Assembly (NCBI GenBank): GCA_022791995.1
Contig: JAAWAD010000090.1
Span: forward strand, 2,277 to 66,276
Direction of reading: 5' to 3'
Length of the DNA stretch: 64,000 nt
Source: Lawsonibacter sp.
GTDB taxonomy: Bacteria; Bacillota; Clostridia; Oscillospirales; Oscillospiraceae
Under the pieces are notes generated by a model. It searched no databases. It was not told the origin of the DNA and saw nothing but the letters and a program-made list of their open reading frames with translations. Shown here one piece after another: positions 48,336-59,514 of the stretch. Both the position numbers and the translations under genes were made by a program. How positions within the stretch are numbered: the first letter of the stretch is position 1; every line of letters starts with the position of its first letter.

Positions 48336-49217
48336 ATGATCTACCTGCAACGGTTTTCCCTCCCCAGCCAGAGCACGGAGACAAATTTCCTGGCCAGAAA
48401 TTTTGAAAGCAAGCGCACCTGCTACACCAGCCGTTATCCCTTTGGGGTTTTCCTCAGCCGGGCGGTGCCGGCGCTGGAGCTGAAGGCCATCACCATCCTG
48501 TGCGGGGGCAACGGCAGCGGCAAGACTACCATCTTGAACCTGATGGGGGAGAAGCTGGGCCTGCGCCGGGGGGCGGTGTTTAACCGCAGCTCCTTTTTTG
48601 GGACGTATCTGGACCAATGCCAGGCGGAGACTGCCCCCTCTTTTCAAAGGGCAAGGGAGAACAGCCGGGTCATCACCAGCGATGACGTATTCGATTACCT
48701 GCTGGATCTGCGGTACATGAACGAGAATATCGAGTACCGGCGGCGCGAGCTGCTGGAGGAGTATACCGACGCCCGATACGCCCACTTTCAGATGCGCTCC
48801 ATGGAGGACTACGACCACCTGCGCCAGGTGGTGGAGGCCCAGCGGAAGAGCGGCTCCCGGTACGTCCGGGATCAGGTGATGAACGATGTAATAGAGAAGT
48901 CCAACGGGGAGAGCGCCTTCGCCTTCTTCACCAAGGAGATCCGGGAAGATGGCCTGTACCTGCTGGACGAGCCGGAGAACAGCCTATCTCCCCAGCTTCA
49001 GCGGGAGCTGGTGGGCTTTCTGGAGGACTCCGCCCGGTTCTACCGCTGTCAGTTTGTCATCTCCACCCACTCTCCCTTCCTGCTGGCGATGCGGGAGGCA
49101 AAGCTCTATGACCTGGACAGTGCCCCCGTCCGGCCCTGCCGCTGGACGGAGCTGGAGCACATCCAGACCTACTGGCAGTTCTTTCGGGAGCACCGGGAGG
49201 AGCTGGACGGGGTGTGA
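48336..49217 (+). CDS. Stand-alone ABC-type/AAA ATPase
   Basis: Walker A GGNGSGKT, signature SNGES, Walker B LYLLDEPE, H-loop STHSP. Confidence 0.88.
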   Translation: MIYLQRFSLPSQSTETNFLARNFESKRTCYTSRYPFGVFLSRAVPALELKAITILCGGNGSGKTTILNLMGEKLGLRRGAVFNRSSFFGTYLDQCQAETAPSFQRARENSRVITSDDVFDYLLDLRYMNENIEYRRRELLEEYTDARYAHFQMRSMEDYDHLRQVVEAQRKSGSRYVRDQVMNDVIEKSNGESAFAFFTKEIREDGLYLLDEPENSLSPQLQRELVGFLEDSARFYRCQFVISTHSPFLLAMREAKLYDLDSAPVRPCRWTELEHIQTYWQFFREHREELDGV

Positions 49218-49230
49218 ACGGCAATGGAAA

Positions 49231-49270
49231 CCAAGGAAGGGCCGGGACAAAATGCCCCGGCCCTTTTCTG
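49231..49270. terminator. Bidirectional terminator
   Basis: Stem GAAGGGCCGGG/CCCGGCCCTTT between convergent genes. Confidence 0.7.
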
Positions 49271-49281
49271 GCTGTAAGGTC

Positions 49282-50955
49282 TCAGCGGTAGATCTCCTGC
49301 TTCAGATGGAACGCGCTGACCAGCCGCTTGAACAGGCTGGCCTGGGAGGACAGCTCCTCACTGGCGGCGGCGCACTCCTCGCTGGTGGCCGAATTGGACT
49401 GGACCACGGCGGAGATCTGGTCGATGCCCTCTGTCACCTGGGAAATTGCTGTGGTCTGGTTCTCCACTGCCTCCACCACGATGTCCATTTGCGTGGACAC
49501 ATGGCCGGCATAGACGCTGGTCTGTCCCAGGGATTCTGTGACCTTCTCCACCACATGGCTGCCCTCGGTGACGGCGGTGATAGAGCTCTCGATCAGTTCC
49601 TTGGTGGCCTTGGCGGCTTCGTCGGACTTGTTGGCCAGGTTGCGTACCTCGTCGGCCACAACGGCGAAGCCCTTGCCAGCAGACCCGGCCCGGGCAGCCT
49701 CCACAGCGGCGTTCAGAGCCAGGATGTTGGTCTGGAAGGCGATGTTCTCAATGGTTGCAATGATCTTGCTGATCTCCTCGGAGGAGCTGGAGATCTTCTC
49801 CATCGCTGCGTTCAGCTGCTTGACAAAGTCCACGCTGACGCCCAGCTGAGCGCCGGCCTGACCTACAAAGTGGCCGGCCTCCCGGGTGGCGTCGGCGGTC
49901 CGCCGGGCGTTCTCGGAGATTTCCGTGATGGTGGCGGACAGCTCCTCCACGGCGCTGGCCTGCTGTGTGGCGCCCTGGGCCAGGGACTGGGAGCTGTTGG
50001 ACACCTGCTCAGAGCCGGCGGAGACCTGCTCGGCGCTCACCTTGATCTGACCCAGAGTGTCGTTCAGTTTGGCTGCAATGCTGTCCATGGACTGACGAAT
50101 TGATACAAAGTCCCCCACATACTCCTGTTGGGCGGCGTTTGTCAGGTCTCCTCCGGCGATGGAGTCCAAAACACTGGATATTTCTCCGATGTAGGCCCGC
50201 AGGCGGCGGATGGTTTCCTCAAAAATTTGGCCCAATTCCCCGATCTCGTCGTTGGAATGGATGCTGATATGGATTTCATCCCCAGTAGCCAGCCCCAGAT
50301 TTCCCTCTTCCAGGTGTTCAGCCACCTGAGTAATCTCAGCCAAGGGGAAGGAGACGTTTTTTTTCAGATAAGAGGCCATAATCAGAACACATACCGCGAT
50401 GACCGCGATGCTCACCAGGGAAGAGAGGAGGATGGTAAGCATAATCTGCCGGTTGGCCTCTGCGCTGGAGATACCAGCAAAGATCAGTCCGTTGATCTGT
50501 CCATTCCCGTCCCGTGTGGGAACATAGGAGGCCAAATAGGACTCACTCAGAATCGTAGCCTTTCCAACATAGGATTGCCCCTGCTGGAGTATGGTGTTGG
50601 ACAGCTTGGTGTCCAGCTTGGTGCCCACCACACGTTCCCCATTTTGGATGACGGTGGTGTAGGTCCGGGTATCCCCCTGGAAGATGGTGAATTCACAGTC
50701 CATACGGTCCTTCAGATCGTCCAGGATCTGATTGATGTCCTCTGTGCCGTCGGTCTGACTCAGGATGTAGGCCAGCATGTTGGTGCCGTTGGTGCAGCGC
50801 TCCTTCAGCATTCCTGTTGCCAGGCTTCGGAACATAGTTACACACATAGCCACCGCAAAAACGACCGAGACCATCTGCATGATGACAACCATGTTGCCCA
50901 CCTTCTGGCCGATGCGTTTCCGCTTTTTGTCCCTGGGCTGGTGCATTTCTTTCAT
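49282..50955 (-). CDS. Methyl-accepting chemotaxis protein (Cache-type sensor, HAMP)
   Basis: Two TMs; [11 protein letters not shown]...GERVVGT Cache motif; DEIGEL HAMP; [29 protein letters not shown]. Confidence 0.95.
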   Translation of the reverse strand: MKEMHQPRDKKRKRIGQKVGNMVVIMQMVSVVFAVAMCVTMFRSLATGMLKERCTNGTNMLAYILSQTDGTEDINQILDDLKDRMDCEFTIFQGDTRTYTTVIQNGERVVGTKLDTKLSNTILQQGQSYVGKATILSESYLASYVPTRDGNGQINGLIFAGISSAEANRQIMLTILLSSLVSIAVIAVCVLIMASYLKKNVSFPLAEITQVAEHLEEGNLGLATGDEIHISIHSNDEIGELGQIFEETIRRLRAYIGEISSVLDSIAGGDLTNAAQQEYVGDFVSIRQSMDSIAAKLNDTLGQIKVSAEQVSAGSEQVSNSSQSLAQGATQQASAVEELSATITEISENARRTADATREAGHFVGQAGAQLGVSVDFVKQLNAAMEKISSSSEEISKIIATIENIAFQTNILALNAAVEAARAGSAGKGFAVVADEVRNLANKSDEAAKATKELIESSITAVTEGSHVVEKVTESLGQTSVYAGHVSTQMDIVVEAVENQTTAISQVTEGIDQISAVVQSNSATSEECAAASEELSSQASLFKRLVSAFHLKQEIYR

Positions 50956-51140
50956 ACATGTTCACTCCGTTTTTTGATTTTCGTAGGCAGGTATAAAACC
51001 CAGCCTATTTATTGTAATCGGGAGCTGGAAATTTTGCAAGTCCTTTTTTCAAAATCCGGGATGGTTCGGCTCCTTCCAGAAAGTCCCTTTCCGGGAGGAA
51101 CCAGACAGAGAATTCCAGTGCGTTCAGAGCGGTTTTCCAG

Positions 51141-51169
51141 TTGTCAACTGTGGAAAAGAATGCTATAAT
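51141..51169 (+). promoter_or_regulatory. SigA promoter
   Basis: TTGTCA-N17-TATAAT with extended -10 TG. Confidence 0.75.
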
Positions 51170-51200
51170 ACAGGGCGGATGCTTTGAAAGGATTGGTTGT

Positions 51201-52436
51201 ATGAAAAAAAGACTTTTTTTCCTTATTTTTTCCATACTGATATTGCTTGCGGGAACAGCCTGCGGCAGGGAGGAGCTTCCGGCCTCCTCTGCCGGGCCTG
51301 GACAGGAAATGGTTGCACTGACGGTGTGGGGGTCGGAGGAGGACGAGGCTCTGATTCAAGAGATGTGCCGCTCCTTCCAGGCCCAATACGCTGGACAGGC
51401 CAGCTTTCAGATTACCTTTCAGCCTCAAAGCGAGTCCAGCTGTAAGGACGCTCTGCTGGACGACCTGGAGGGAGGCGCGGATGTGTTTGCCTTTGCCGAC
51501 GACCAGGTGGCCGCGCTGGCGGCGGCCGGCGGACTGGACCCTGTAGAGGGGGCGGCGGATATCCGTGGCACAAGCCTCTCTGCGGCGGTGGAGGCGGCCA
51601 GCGTGGGGGGCGTTCTCTATGCCTACCCATTGACGGCGGACAATGGCTATTTTCTATACTACAACACGGCCTATTTCTCGCCGGAGGATGTGCAGAGCTT
51701 GGAACGTATGGTGGAGATTGCGGGCCAGGCCGACCGTCTGGTGACGATGGATTGGTCCTCGGCCTGGTATGTCTATGCCTTTTTTGGCAATACCGGCCTG
51801 GAGGTGGGTCTCAACCAGGACGGGCTGACCAATTACTGCACCTGGAACGGGACGGATGGCCCCATTCGGGGGGTAGACGTGGCCCAGGCCATGCTGGATA
51901 TTGCAGCCAGTCCTGGCTTTGCCAGCCGGACAGATACCGAGTTTCTGGCGGGGGTACAGGACGGCTCTGTGATTGCAGGAATCAGTGGAGTCTGGAATGC
52001 GGTGGCCATTGAGGAGGCCTGGGGAGAGAATATGGGGGCGGTCAAGCTGCCTGCCTATACCTGCGCTGGACAGCAGGTGCAGATGGCCTCGTTCTCTGGC
52101 TGCAAGCTGATTGGCGTAAACGCCTACTCAAAGTATCCAGAGTGGGCGGTGCGGCTGGCGGAGTGGATGACCAACGAGGCGAATCAGCGCCGGCGCTTTG
52201 AGCTGCGGGGCCAGGGGCCGGCAAATGCCAATGCGGCCAACTCCCCAGAGGTTCAGGCGTCTCCAGCCATTGCGGCCCTGCTGGCGCAGTCGGAGTTCTC
52301 CCAGCTCCAGCGGGTGGGAGGAAAATTCTGGGACCCTGTGACGGAGTTTGCCGGCAATATGGCGGAGGGGAATCCCTCCGGGGCCTCTCTCCAAGCCCAG
52401 CTGGACCGGCTGGTGGAGAGTGTGACAGCCCGTTAG
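51201..52436 (+). CDS. Extracellular sugar-binding lipoprotein (MalE-like family 1 SBP)
   Basis: Lipobox GTAC; LTVW, ADVFAF..D, LYAYP and LYYN motifs. Confidence 0.88.
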   Translation: MKKRLFFLIFSILILLAGTACGREELPASSAGPGQEMVALTVWGSEEDEALIQEMCRSFQAQYAGQASFQITFQPQSESSCKDALLDDLEGGADVFAFADDQVAALAAAGGLDPVEGAADIRGTSLSAAVEAASVGGVLYAYPLTADNGYFLYYNTAYFSPEDVQSLERMVEIAGQADRLVTMDWSSAWYVYAFFGNTGLEVGLNQDGLTNYCTWNGTDGPIRGVDVAQAMLDIAASPGFASRTDTEFLAGVQDGSVIAGISGVWNAVAIEEAWGENMGAVKLPAYTCAGQQVQMASFSGCKLIGVNAYSKYPEWAVRLAEWMTNEANQRRRFELRGQGPANANAANSPEVQASPAIAALLAQSEFSQLQRVGGKFWDPVTEFAGNMAEGNPSGASLQAQLDRLVESVTAR

Positions 52437-52462
52437 AACGTACATATTGGGGGTAGCATGGT

Positions 52463-54049
52463 ATGAAAGGCAGACTGACACTACAGCAGCGCTTGATTCT
52501 GCCCATTGTTCTGCTGGGGCTGGTGACGCTGCTGTCCAACCTTCTGGCGGTGTTCAGCATCAACAATGTACACGCCAACGCGGGAACCATTGTGGATGAA
52601 TACATGGTTCAAGAGGCCCAGCTGGAGGAGATCCGGCGGGGGATGATGGGCCTGCACCGGCTGGCTCTGTCCCACATTGTGGCCGCAGACCACACAACCA
52701 TGATTCAGCTGGTCCAGGAGATTAAGGCGGCGGAGGCGGCTCTGGATGAGAAGCTGGATGCCTACGCCGGCGCAGTGGGTGAGGCGGACCAGGAGACCTA
52801 TCACGCCCTCCAGCAGAGCTATGAGGCATTCCAGCACGCCCTGGTCCATCTGGTCTGTGCCAGCGCAGACAGCAAGACCCAGGAGGCCTATGCCATGGCC
52901 AACGGCGACGTGGCGGTCTGGAGTGCCGCTGCCGAGGAACAGATTGACAGCCTGTATACCTCGGTCAGCGACCAGGCGGAGACTGCCCGGGGACGGCTGT
53001 CCCTGGTCTTTGTCACCTCCCTGCTGACCAGTGCGGCGACCCTGATTGCAGGTGTACTGCTGGTTGTTGCGGCATTCCGCATTGTCCGGCGCTATGTGAT
53101 CGCGCCAGTCCGCAGCGCAATGGGGACCCTTCAGGAAAGCTCCGAGCGAATCAGCGGTGTTGTTACTGAGGTGCGCCGGAGAACGCAGACCTCCAGCGGA
53201 AGCGTGCGCAGCCTGTCGGGGCTGACGGAGCAGCTCTCTGCCGCGCTGGAGGAAATTTCCGGCAGCACCGCCTCCATTCGTTCCAGCGCCTCGGGTACCC
53301 AGAGCGATGTGAAGAACATTGCAGAGGAGTGCTCGGCCATCACGGCCTACTCGGTGAACATGCGGACACGGGCAGAGGAGATGGAGCGGTCCGCCCAGGC
53401 TGAGATGGCAGCAGTGCGCACAAAAACAGAGGAGATTATATCCACCCTGGATCAGGCGATTGAAAAGAGCCGGAGCGTGGATCAGATTGAGATTTTGACC
53501 CGGGATATCCTCTCGATCTCCTCATCCACCAATCTGATTGCTGTCAATGCGTCCATTGAGGCCTCCCGTGCCGGGGCGGCGGGAAAGGGCTTTTCCATTG
53601 TCGCCCAGGAGGTCCGCAAGCTGGCTGATTCCTGCGCACAGACGGCAAACCACATCCAGCAGGTCAGCGCGGTAGTGACCGGGGCGGTCAACTACCTCTC
53701 CGGCAGTGCGCAGGAGCTGGCAGACTCTCTGGGAAAGTCGCTTTTGCAGCAGTTGGAGCAGTCAGTCCAGGCAGGGCAGCAGTACCGGGAGGACGCCGCC
53801 TACCTTGGCCGCTCAATGGAGGCCTTTAATGAGCGGACCGGCCGTCTGCAAACCGCCATGGACGAGATAGCCGGCGCAATTTCCAGCATTTCCAGCGCCA
53901 TTGACGGCGCGGCCTCAGACCTCGCCGGAGCGGCTGGCAGCACCCGGGTCCTGGTGGACGACATGGCCGGAATTACGGCGCGTATGGACACTAATCAGGA
54001 GATTGTGGGCGAGCTTCAGCAGCAGGTAGACGTTTTCGCCAATTTATAG
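52463..54049 (+). CDS. Methyl-accepting chemotaxis protein (four-helix-bundle sensor)
   Basis: Two TMs, helical extracytoplasmic region, [34 protein letters not shown]. Confidence 0.92.
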   Translation: MKGRLTLQQRLILPIVLLGLVTLLSNLLAVFSINNVHANAGTIVDEYMVQEAQLEEIRRGMMGLHRLALSHIVAADHTTMIQLVQEIKAAEAALDEKLDAYAGAVGEADQETYHALQQSYEAFQHALVHLVCASADSKTQEAYAMANGDVAVWSAAAEEQIDSLYTSVSDQAETARGRLSLVFVTSLLTSAATLIAGVLLVVAAFRIVRRYVIAPVRSAMGTLQESSERISGVVTEVRRRTQTSSGSVRSLSGLTEQLSAALEEISGSTASIRSSASGTQSDVKNIAEECSAITAYSVNMRTRAEEMERSAQAEMAAVRTKTEEIISTLDQAIEKSRSVDQIEILTRDILSISSSTNLIAVNASIEASRAGAAGKGFSIVAQEVRKLADSCAQTANHIQQVSAVVTGAVNYLSGSAQELADSLGKSLLQQLEQSVQAGQQYREDAAYLGRSMEAFNERTGRLQTAMDEIAGAISSISSAIDGAASDLAGAAGSTRVLVDDMAGITARMDTNQEIVGELQQQVDVFANL

Positions 54050-54078
54050 GCGAATCGGGTAGAAATCCACAGAAGCCG

Positions 54079-54107
54079 TTGACAAAGGTGAGGCACATCC
54101 CTATAAT
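54079..54107 (+). promoter_or_regulatory. Perfect-consensus SigA promoter
   Basis: TTGACA-N17-TATAAT. Confidence 0.85.
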
Positions 54108-54157
54108 AAAAAGCATTGGACAAAAGTCCGGGATTATCAAAGTTGAGGTGCAGAGAG

Positions 54158-56131
54158 ATGAAGAGTATCCGAAAAAAAATTACGGTATGCCTGATGGCAA
54201 CAGTCTTGATCGCCCTGCTTCTGGTGGGGACAGTCAGCATCACCCTGAACTATAGAAGTACCGTTGCAACTGTGGATCAGATGATGAGTCAGACCGCTGT
54301 GCTGGCGGCTGAGCGCATTCAGCAGGAGCTGACTGCCTATAAAAATGTGGCTATGGACACAGGCTGTATTCCCCAGCTGTCAAACGCTACGGTGCCCCTG
54401 GAGGATAAAAGGACAGTGATTGACGAGCGCGTCCAAATGCACGGCTTCCAGCGGGGCAACATCATTGGGGCGGACGGCCGCAGCATTTTTGACGGCAACG
54501 ACTACTCCGACCGGGAGTATGTGCAGCAGGCTATGCAGGGGAACGTCTATGTCTCCCAGCCCCTGGTAAGCAAGATTACCGGCGAGCTGTCCATCATAGT
54601 GGCGGCTCCCCTGTACGCCAATGGAAGCCAGGGCGGCTCCATTGTGGGCGTGGTCTACTTCGTGCCTCCAGAGACCTTTTTGAATGACATCGTCTCTTCC
54701 ATCCAGGTCAGCAAAAACAGCCATGCCTATATGATTAACAAGGCGGGGGATACCATTGCCGATACCACACTGGAGACCATCACAACACAGAATATTGAGC
54801 AGGAGGCCCAGAGCGATTCCTCTCTGAAGGCCCTGGCGGCCATCCATGCGGAAATGCGCAAGGGCGGAAATGGCTTTGGCAGCTTCCGCAGCGCGGACGG
54901 GACCCGATTTGCCGCCTATGCGCCAGTGGAAGGGACAGATGGGTGGAGTGTTGCCATCACCGCGCTGAAGACAGACTATTTGGCCGATACATACCTCAGC
55001 ATGATACTCAATGTCTCTGTCATTGTGGCGTCCATTCTGGCCTCGATCGTTGTGGCGGTCAGGCTATCCAGCAACATCAGCCTTCCCATGCGCGCCTGTG
55101 CCGAGCGGATGAAGCTGCTGGTGGCGGGTGACCTGGAATCCCCCGTTCCCCAGGCGACTGGCCAGGATGAGACGGCAGAGCTCACTCGTTCCACCGCAGA
55201 GCTGGTAGAGGGGCTGCGGACCATTCTGGAAGATATTGGATATCTGCTCACTGAGATGGCAAGGCAAAACTTTGATATCCAGTCCGCCCACAGAGACGCC
55301 TATGTGGGCGAGTTTCAGGGGATTCTGCACTCCATGCGCACACTGAAGCTGGAGCTGAGCAGCACCATACGTCAGATTGACGCCTCTGCCAGCCAGGTTT
55401 CCTCCGCCAGTGGGCAGGTGTCAATCGGCGCTCAGAATCTGAGCCAGGGGTCTGTGGACCAGGCCAGCTCGGTGGAGGAGCTGGCGGCTACCATCAACGA
55501 TATCTCAGACAGCGCCAAGAAGACCGCCGCCGCTGCCGCAGAGGCCGGCAAGTTTGTCGGGCAGGCCGGGGCTCAGCTGGGGATCAGCGTGGACCACGTC
55601 AAGGAGCTGAACGCGGCCATGGAGAAGATTTCCAGCTCCTCCGAGGAGATCAGCAAGATCATTGCCGCCATTGAGAATATTGCGTTCAAGACCAACATCC
55701 TGGCCTTGAATGTCGCCGTGGAGGCCGCCAGAGCCGGTACCGCCGGCAAGGGCTTTGCCGTCGTGGCCGATGAGGTGCGTAACCTGGCGTCCAAGTCTGA
55801 CGAGGCGGCCAAGGCGACCAAGGAGCTGATTGAGGGTTCTATCGCCGCTGTTACCGAGGGAAGTCAGGCCGTGACCAAAGTGACAGAATCTCTGGAGCAG
55901 ACCAGCGTCTATGCCGGTCATGTGACCGCCCAGATGGACATTGTGGTGGAGGCCGTGGAAAATCAGACCATTGCCATTACCCAGGTTACGGAGGGAATCG
56001 ACCAGATTTCTTCTGTGGTTCAGACAAACAGTGCCACTGCCCAGGAGAGCGCTGCTGCCAGTCAGGAGCTCTCTGCGGAAGCAAGCAGTCTGAAGCAGCT
56101 GGTGGAGAGCTTTACCTTGGCGAAGGTTTAA
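54158..56131 (+). CDS. Methyl-accepting chemotaxis protein (dCache sensor, HAMP)
   Basis: [18 protein letters not shown] and GWSV dCache motifs; [16 protein letters not shown]. Confidence 0.95.
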   Translation: MKSIRKKITVCLMATVLIALLLVGTVSITLNYRSTVATVDQMMSQTAVLAAERIQQELTAYKNVAMDTGCIPQLSNATVPLEDKRTVIDERVQMHGFQRGNIIGADGRSIFDGNDYSDREYVQQAMQGNVYVSQPLVSKITGELSIIVAAPLYANGSQGGSIVGVVYFVPPETFLNDIVSSIQVSKNSHAYMINKAGDTIADTTLETITTQNIEQEAQSDSSLKALAAIHAEMRKGGNGFGSFRSADGTRFAAYAPVEGTDGWSVAITALKTDYLADTYLSMILNVSVIVASILASIVVAVRLSSNISLPMRACAERMKLLVAGDLESPVPQATGQDETAELTRSTAELVEGLRTILEDIGYLLTEMARQNFDIQSAHRDAYVGEFQGILHSMRTLKLELSSTIRQIDASASQVSSASGQVSIGAQNLSQGSVDQASSVEELAATINDISDSAKKTAAAAAEAGKFVGQAGAQLGISVDHVKELNAAMEKISSSSEEISKIIAAIENIAFKTNILALNVAVEAARAGTAGKGFAVVADEVRNLASKSDEAAKATKELIEGSIAAVTEGSQAVTKVTESLEQTSVYAGHVTAQMDIVVEAVENQTIAITQVTEGIDQISSVVQTNSATAQESAAASQELSAEASSLKQLVESFTLAKV

Positions 56132-56225
56132 GACTGTATTTACAACCGCAAACCACTGTCTGGACCGGTTTCTTGCCGCCTTGCAGGGCGAACAAATCCC
56201 TTGTCCATCCGGTTTTGGTACAGGT

Positions 56226-56262
56226 AAAAAGAGGCGGACAGCAAAGCTGTCCGCCTCTTTTT
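56226..56262. terminator. Bidirectional intrinsic terminator
   Basis: AAAAAGAGGCGGACAGC-AAA-GCTGTCCGCCTCTTTTT. Confidence 0.9.
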
Positions 56263-56266
56263 CGAT

Positions 56267-57448
56267 TTATGCCAGATCTGGTCCCCTGGAGATGGCCATT
56301 TTCAGAAGGACTGGGGTAAGAAGAGCAGAGGAGATCACGCTGAGGACGATAGCCGGCAGAATGGCTGGGTCGATCATCCCGGCGTTGATGCCCCTTTGGG
56401 CTACCATCAGCGCCACCTCGCTCCGGGCTACCATGCCGATGCCCACCACTAGGGACTGGTGACGGCTCAGACCACAGACCAGTCCGCCCAGGCCGCAGCC
56501 AATCATTTTTGACATTACGGCGGCCACAACCAGCAGCAGGGCGAAGACAAGGAGCTCTGTTGTCATACTCCGCAGGTTGGTCTTCATGCCGACGCTGGCA
56601 AAGAAAACCGGAGTGAACACCATATAGGAGGTAACCGTAAATTTTTTGGCCACGAACCGGCGGGCCTTTGTCACATTACACAGAATAAGACCGGCAAAGT
56701 AAGCGCCAGTGATGTCGGCTACGCCGAACCACGTCTCGGCGCAGTAGGCCATCAGCAGGCAGAAGGCCAGAGCCCATACTGCCACCCGCCGGTTGTGCCA
56801 ATGCTCCTCGGCGATGTAGCTGAACAACCGGCGAACCACCAGGCCTACCACCAGGACGAAGACGAAAAAGAGCAGAATGTGGATCAAAACCTGGATCGGA
56901 TCAGAGTCGCCTGAGCTGAACGCACTGAGGATGGACAACACCACAATGCCGATGATGTCGTCAATCAGAGCGGCGCTGAGCAGGGTAGTTCCGGTTTTGG
57001 TTTTCAGCTTGCCCATCTCGTTCAAGGTTTCCACTGTGATGGAGACCGAAGTGGCAGAGAACACCGACCCCAGAAAGGCGGACTTTAACAGATTGTAGGG
57101 CGTGAGTTCTCCGCCGCAGAAAAAGAGAAAGGAAAGTCCGCCGCATAGTGCCAGCGGCACAAAGACGCCCAGCACAGCAATGACGCTGGCCTGAAGGCCG
57201 GTCTCCTTCAGCTCCTGCATGTCAGTGTCGATGCCGGCGGTGAACATGAGCATGATGACGCCGATCTCCGCCGCCTTCACCAGAAAATCGGTGCTTTGCA
57301 GCACGCCGAAGCCACTGGGCCCCATAATAATGCCCGCCAGCAGCGCTCCCACCACCTGGGGCAGGTGGACACGCTCAGTCAGCAGCCCAAGGACCTTTGT
57401 GGATAACAGAATGATGGCTAAAAGCAGCAAATATGTATAGGATTCCAT
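56267..57448 (-). CDS. CPA2-family cation:proton antiporter (NapA-like)
   Basis: PQVVGALLAG, AEIGV, ATSVSIT, ALIDD and MVARSEV motifs; start at 57448. Confidence 0.92.
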   Translation of the reverse strand: MESYTYLLLLAIILLSTKVLGLLTERVHLPQVVGALLAGIIMGPSGFGVLQSTDFLVKAAEIGVIMLMFTAGIDTDMQELKETGLQASVIAVLGVFVPLALCGGLSFLFFCGGELTPYNLLKSAFLGSVFSATSVSITVETLNEMGKLKTKTGTTLLSAALIDDIIGIVVLSILSAFSSGDSDPIQVLIHILLFFVFVLVVGLVVRRLFSYIAEEHWHNRRVAVWALAFCLLMAYCAETWFGVADITGAYFAGLILCNVTKARRFVAKKFTVTSYMVFTPVFFASVGMKTNLRSMTTELLVFALLLVVAAVMSKMIGCGLGGLVCGLSRHQSLVVGIGMVARSEVALMVAQRGINAGMIDPAILPAIVLSVISSALLTPVLLKMAISRGPDLA

Positions 57449-57493
57449 ATAGATTCCCTCCTGAAAAACGATAAAGCTCTTTTGGCGTCCTGT

Positions 57494-57522
57494 ATTATAC
57501 GCACCAGCATTTGGGAAGTCAA
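57494..57522 (-). promoter_or_regulatory. SigA promoter of antiporter
   Basis: Minus strand TTGACT-N17-TATAAT. Confidence 0.75.
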
Positions 57523-57757
57523 TGGTCAAACTGTCAGGAAAAGCCCGGGTGTTTCGGGTATCCTTTGGCGAAGTGGAAGCGCTGTGGAAAAGACGCGGCA
57601 CAGTGTCTCCTCCGGGGAAGGAGCGGCGAGTTTTCCCCCCGAGCCGAAGCTGGACAATTCAGGGTGAAAGTATCTGCAAAAGAAGAGGAACCAGCCTGTT
57701 CACCACGTTTTTTTGCGTAAAATAAGAAAAAATCTGTGGAAAAACACCTGGAATTGC

Positions 57758-57786
57758 TTGCAAAATTTAAGCAGAACTGTTATACT
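57758..57786 (+). promoter_or_regulatory. SigA promoter of carD operon
   Basis: TTGCAA-N17-TATACT with extended -10 TG. Confidence 0.7.
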
Positions 57787-57844
57787 AAAGTATAGATGTA
57801 GGAAGAACGTTGGAATAGACAGGTCTGCGGACAGGAGGTGTCAA

Positions 57845-58324
57845 ATGCCGTTTCAAATCGGGGATAAGGTGGCCCATCCAATTTATGGAGCTGGCATACT
57901 GGAGGACGTGATTCAAAAAAAGGTGGATGGCGTGGCCCGGGACTACTATGTCATGCGGCTGCCGTCCCGCTCGATGGAGGTTATGATCCCCAAAGAGAGC
58001 AGTGTGGAAATGGGGGTTAGGCCGGTGGTGGACCGAGTTCAGGCGGACAAGCTGTTGGCTGCCATTCCGGGGATTCAGGTGGAGATGACCTCCAACTGGA
58101 ACCGCCGCTATCAGGAGAATTTGGAGCGGCTGAAAAGCGGCAACCTGATTGAGGTTGCCCGGGTGGTGAAGGGCCTGACCCTGCGGGACAGCAAACGGGG
58201 TTTGTCCACCGGGGAGCGGAAGATGCTCCAGTCGGCCCGGCAGATTTTGGTTTCGGAGCTGGTGCTGTCCAAGGAACAGAGCCACGAGGAGGCCGAGCAG
58301 GAGCTGAATACCGCGCTGGCGTAG
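57845..58324 (+). CDS. carD: CarD-family RNA polymerase-binding regulator
   Basis: FQIGDKVAHP.YGAG, NWNRRY and LSTGERKML..AR.IL.SEL motifs; RBS AGGAGG. Confidence 0.93.
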   Translation: MPFQIGDKVAHPIYGAGILEDVIQKKVDGVARDYYVMRLPSRSMEVMIPKESSVEMGVRPVVDRVQADKLLAAIPGIQVEMTSNWNRRYQENLERLKSGNLIEVARVVKGLTLRDSKRGLSTGERKMLQSARQILVSELVLSKEQSHEEAEQELNTALA

Positions 58325-58406
58325 AGAAAATGGAACACGGGGCGGCTTTTTTGTTCCGAGAGGGAATGAAAAGGCCGCCATATTCTGTTGGAAAGGAAGC
58401 GAGAAT

Positions 58407-59504
58407 ATGGGCGGAAACCGGTCGTATCAGTGCCCGAAATGTGGCAGGGAGCTGGGATACAAGGGGATGTGCTGGCAGTGTCAGGCCGCGTGGAGACGCC
58501 AGGGGATGGAAGGCTGGACGCCGGAGCAGATTCAGGCGAAGCGGTCCGAGCTGATTGCCCATGTGGAGCGGCTGAAGGAGGATGCCTGGGACGAGGACTT
58601 CTGGGGCCTGCTGTCCTACCACGACGGGATCACGCCGGAGCTCCAGCGGGCGGCGCTGGCGGCAGAGGTGGACCGGCCCTGTGAGCTCTACTACCGTGCC
58701 CCGGCGGACGTGCGGGACGGGCTGATCGAGGCCCTGATGGGGACAGAGAGCCCCATGGACGCCTCCAGGCTTATGTGCTGTCTGGCCATGCAGGGGGACG
58801 ACCGGTCTCTGGAGGTTTTCCGGGACCTGGAGGAGCACCCCCGCCCCTGGCGGGAGGAGCTGTATGTGGACCCCTCTGTCTACGCTTGGACTGGCGGCTG
58901 GACCTTCGATAAGACGGGAGTCCGGCGGCAGCTCAACTTTGATGTGTGCTACCCCCTGATCAAGGGGGACCGGACGAAGGATACCGCCGCCCAGGTCTTC
59001 CGCATCCGGGAGGACCGTTGCCCCAGCTGCGGAAACAGGCTGGTGGACATCCTGACGCTGGACGGCCGGGATAACCGGCTGAAATTCCTGGGGCTGGACG
59101 GGATTATCACCGCTACCTGCTGTCCCGCCTGTGTCCCCTGGGAGGAGCCGGCCTACTCCCGCTTCACCCTGGACGGGGGCAGCCAGGCCGTTTTGCCCTA
59201 CCAGTATGGCAGCGAGTACGACCCGGACGATATATGCTATGAGGTGTGTGCCGCCTACCCCTATGTCCTGGGACCAGAGCCCGTTCCCCTGTTTTACGGC
59301 GCCCACTTTGACGATGTGAGCACTGTGGGCGGCTTTGCCAACTGGATTGAGGACGCCAACTACTACACCTGTCCCGACTGCGGGAAGACCATGAAGTACC
59401 TGGCCCAGATCCAGTGGGACACCCTGGACTTTATGGAGGGGACGCTTTACATAGAGATCTGCCCTGACTGCCGGGTGGTCTCCATGCACCACCAGCAGAC
59501 CTGA
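58407..59504 (+). CDS. Cys-rich hypothetical protein with several CxxC pairs; C-terminus DUF1963/YwqG-like
   Basis: CPKC, CWQC, CPSC, CPAC and two CPDC; GGFANWIED...CPDC...M.YLAQI...GTLYIE.C. Confidence 0.65.
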   Translation: MGGNRSYQCPKCGRELGYKGMCWQCQAAWRRQGMEGWTPEQIQAKRSELIAHVERLKEDAWDEDFWGLLSYHDGITPELQRAALAAEVDRPCELYYRAPADVRDGLIEALMGTESPMDASRLMCCLAMQGDDRSLEVFRDLEEHPRPWREELYVDPSVYAWTGGWTFDKTGVRRQLNFDVCYPLIKGDRTKDTAAQVFRIREDRCPSCGNRLVDILTLDGRDNRLKFLGLDGIITATCCPACVPWEEPAYSRFTLDGGSQAVLPYQYGSEYDPDDICYEVCAAYPYVLGPEPVPLFYGAHFDDVSTVGGFANWIEDANYYTCPDCGKTMKYLAQIQWDTLDFMEGTLYIEICPDCRVVSMHHQQT

Positions 59505-59514
59505 GGAGGTGACC

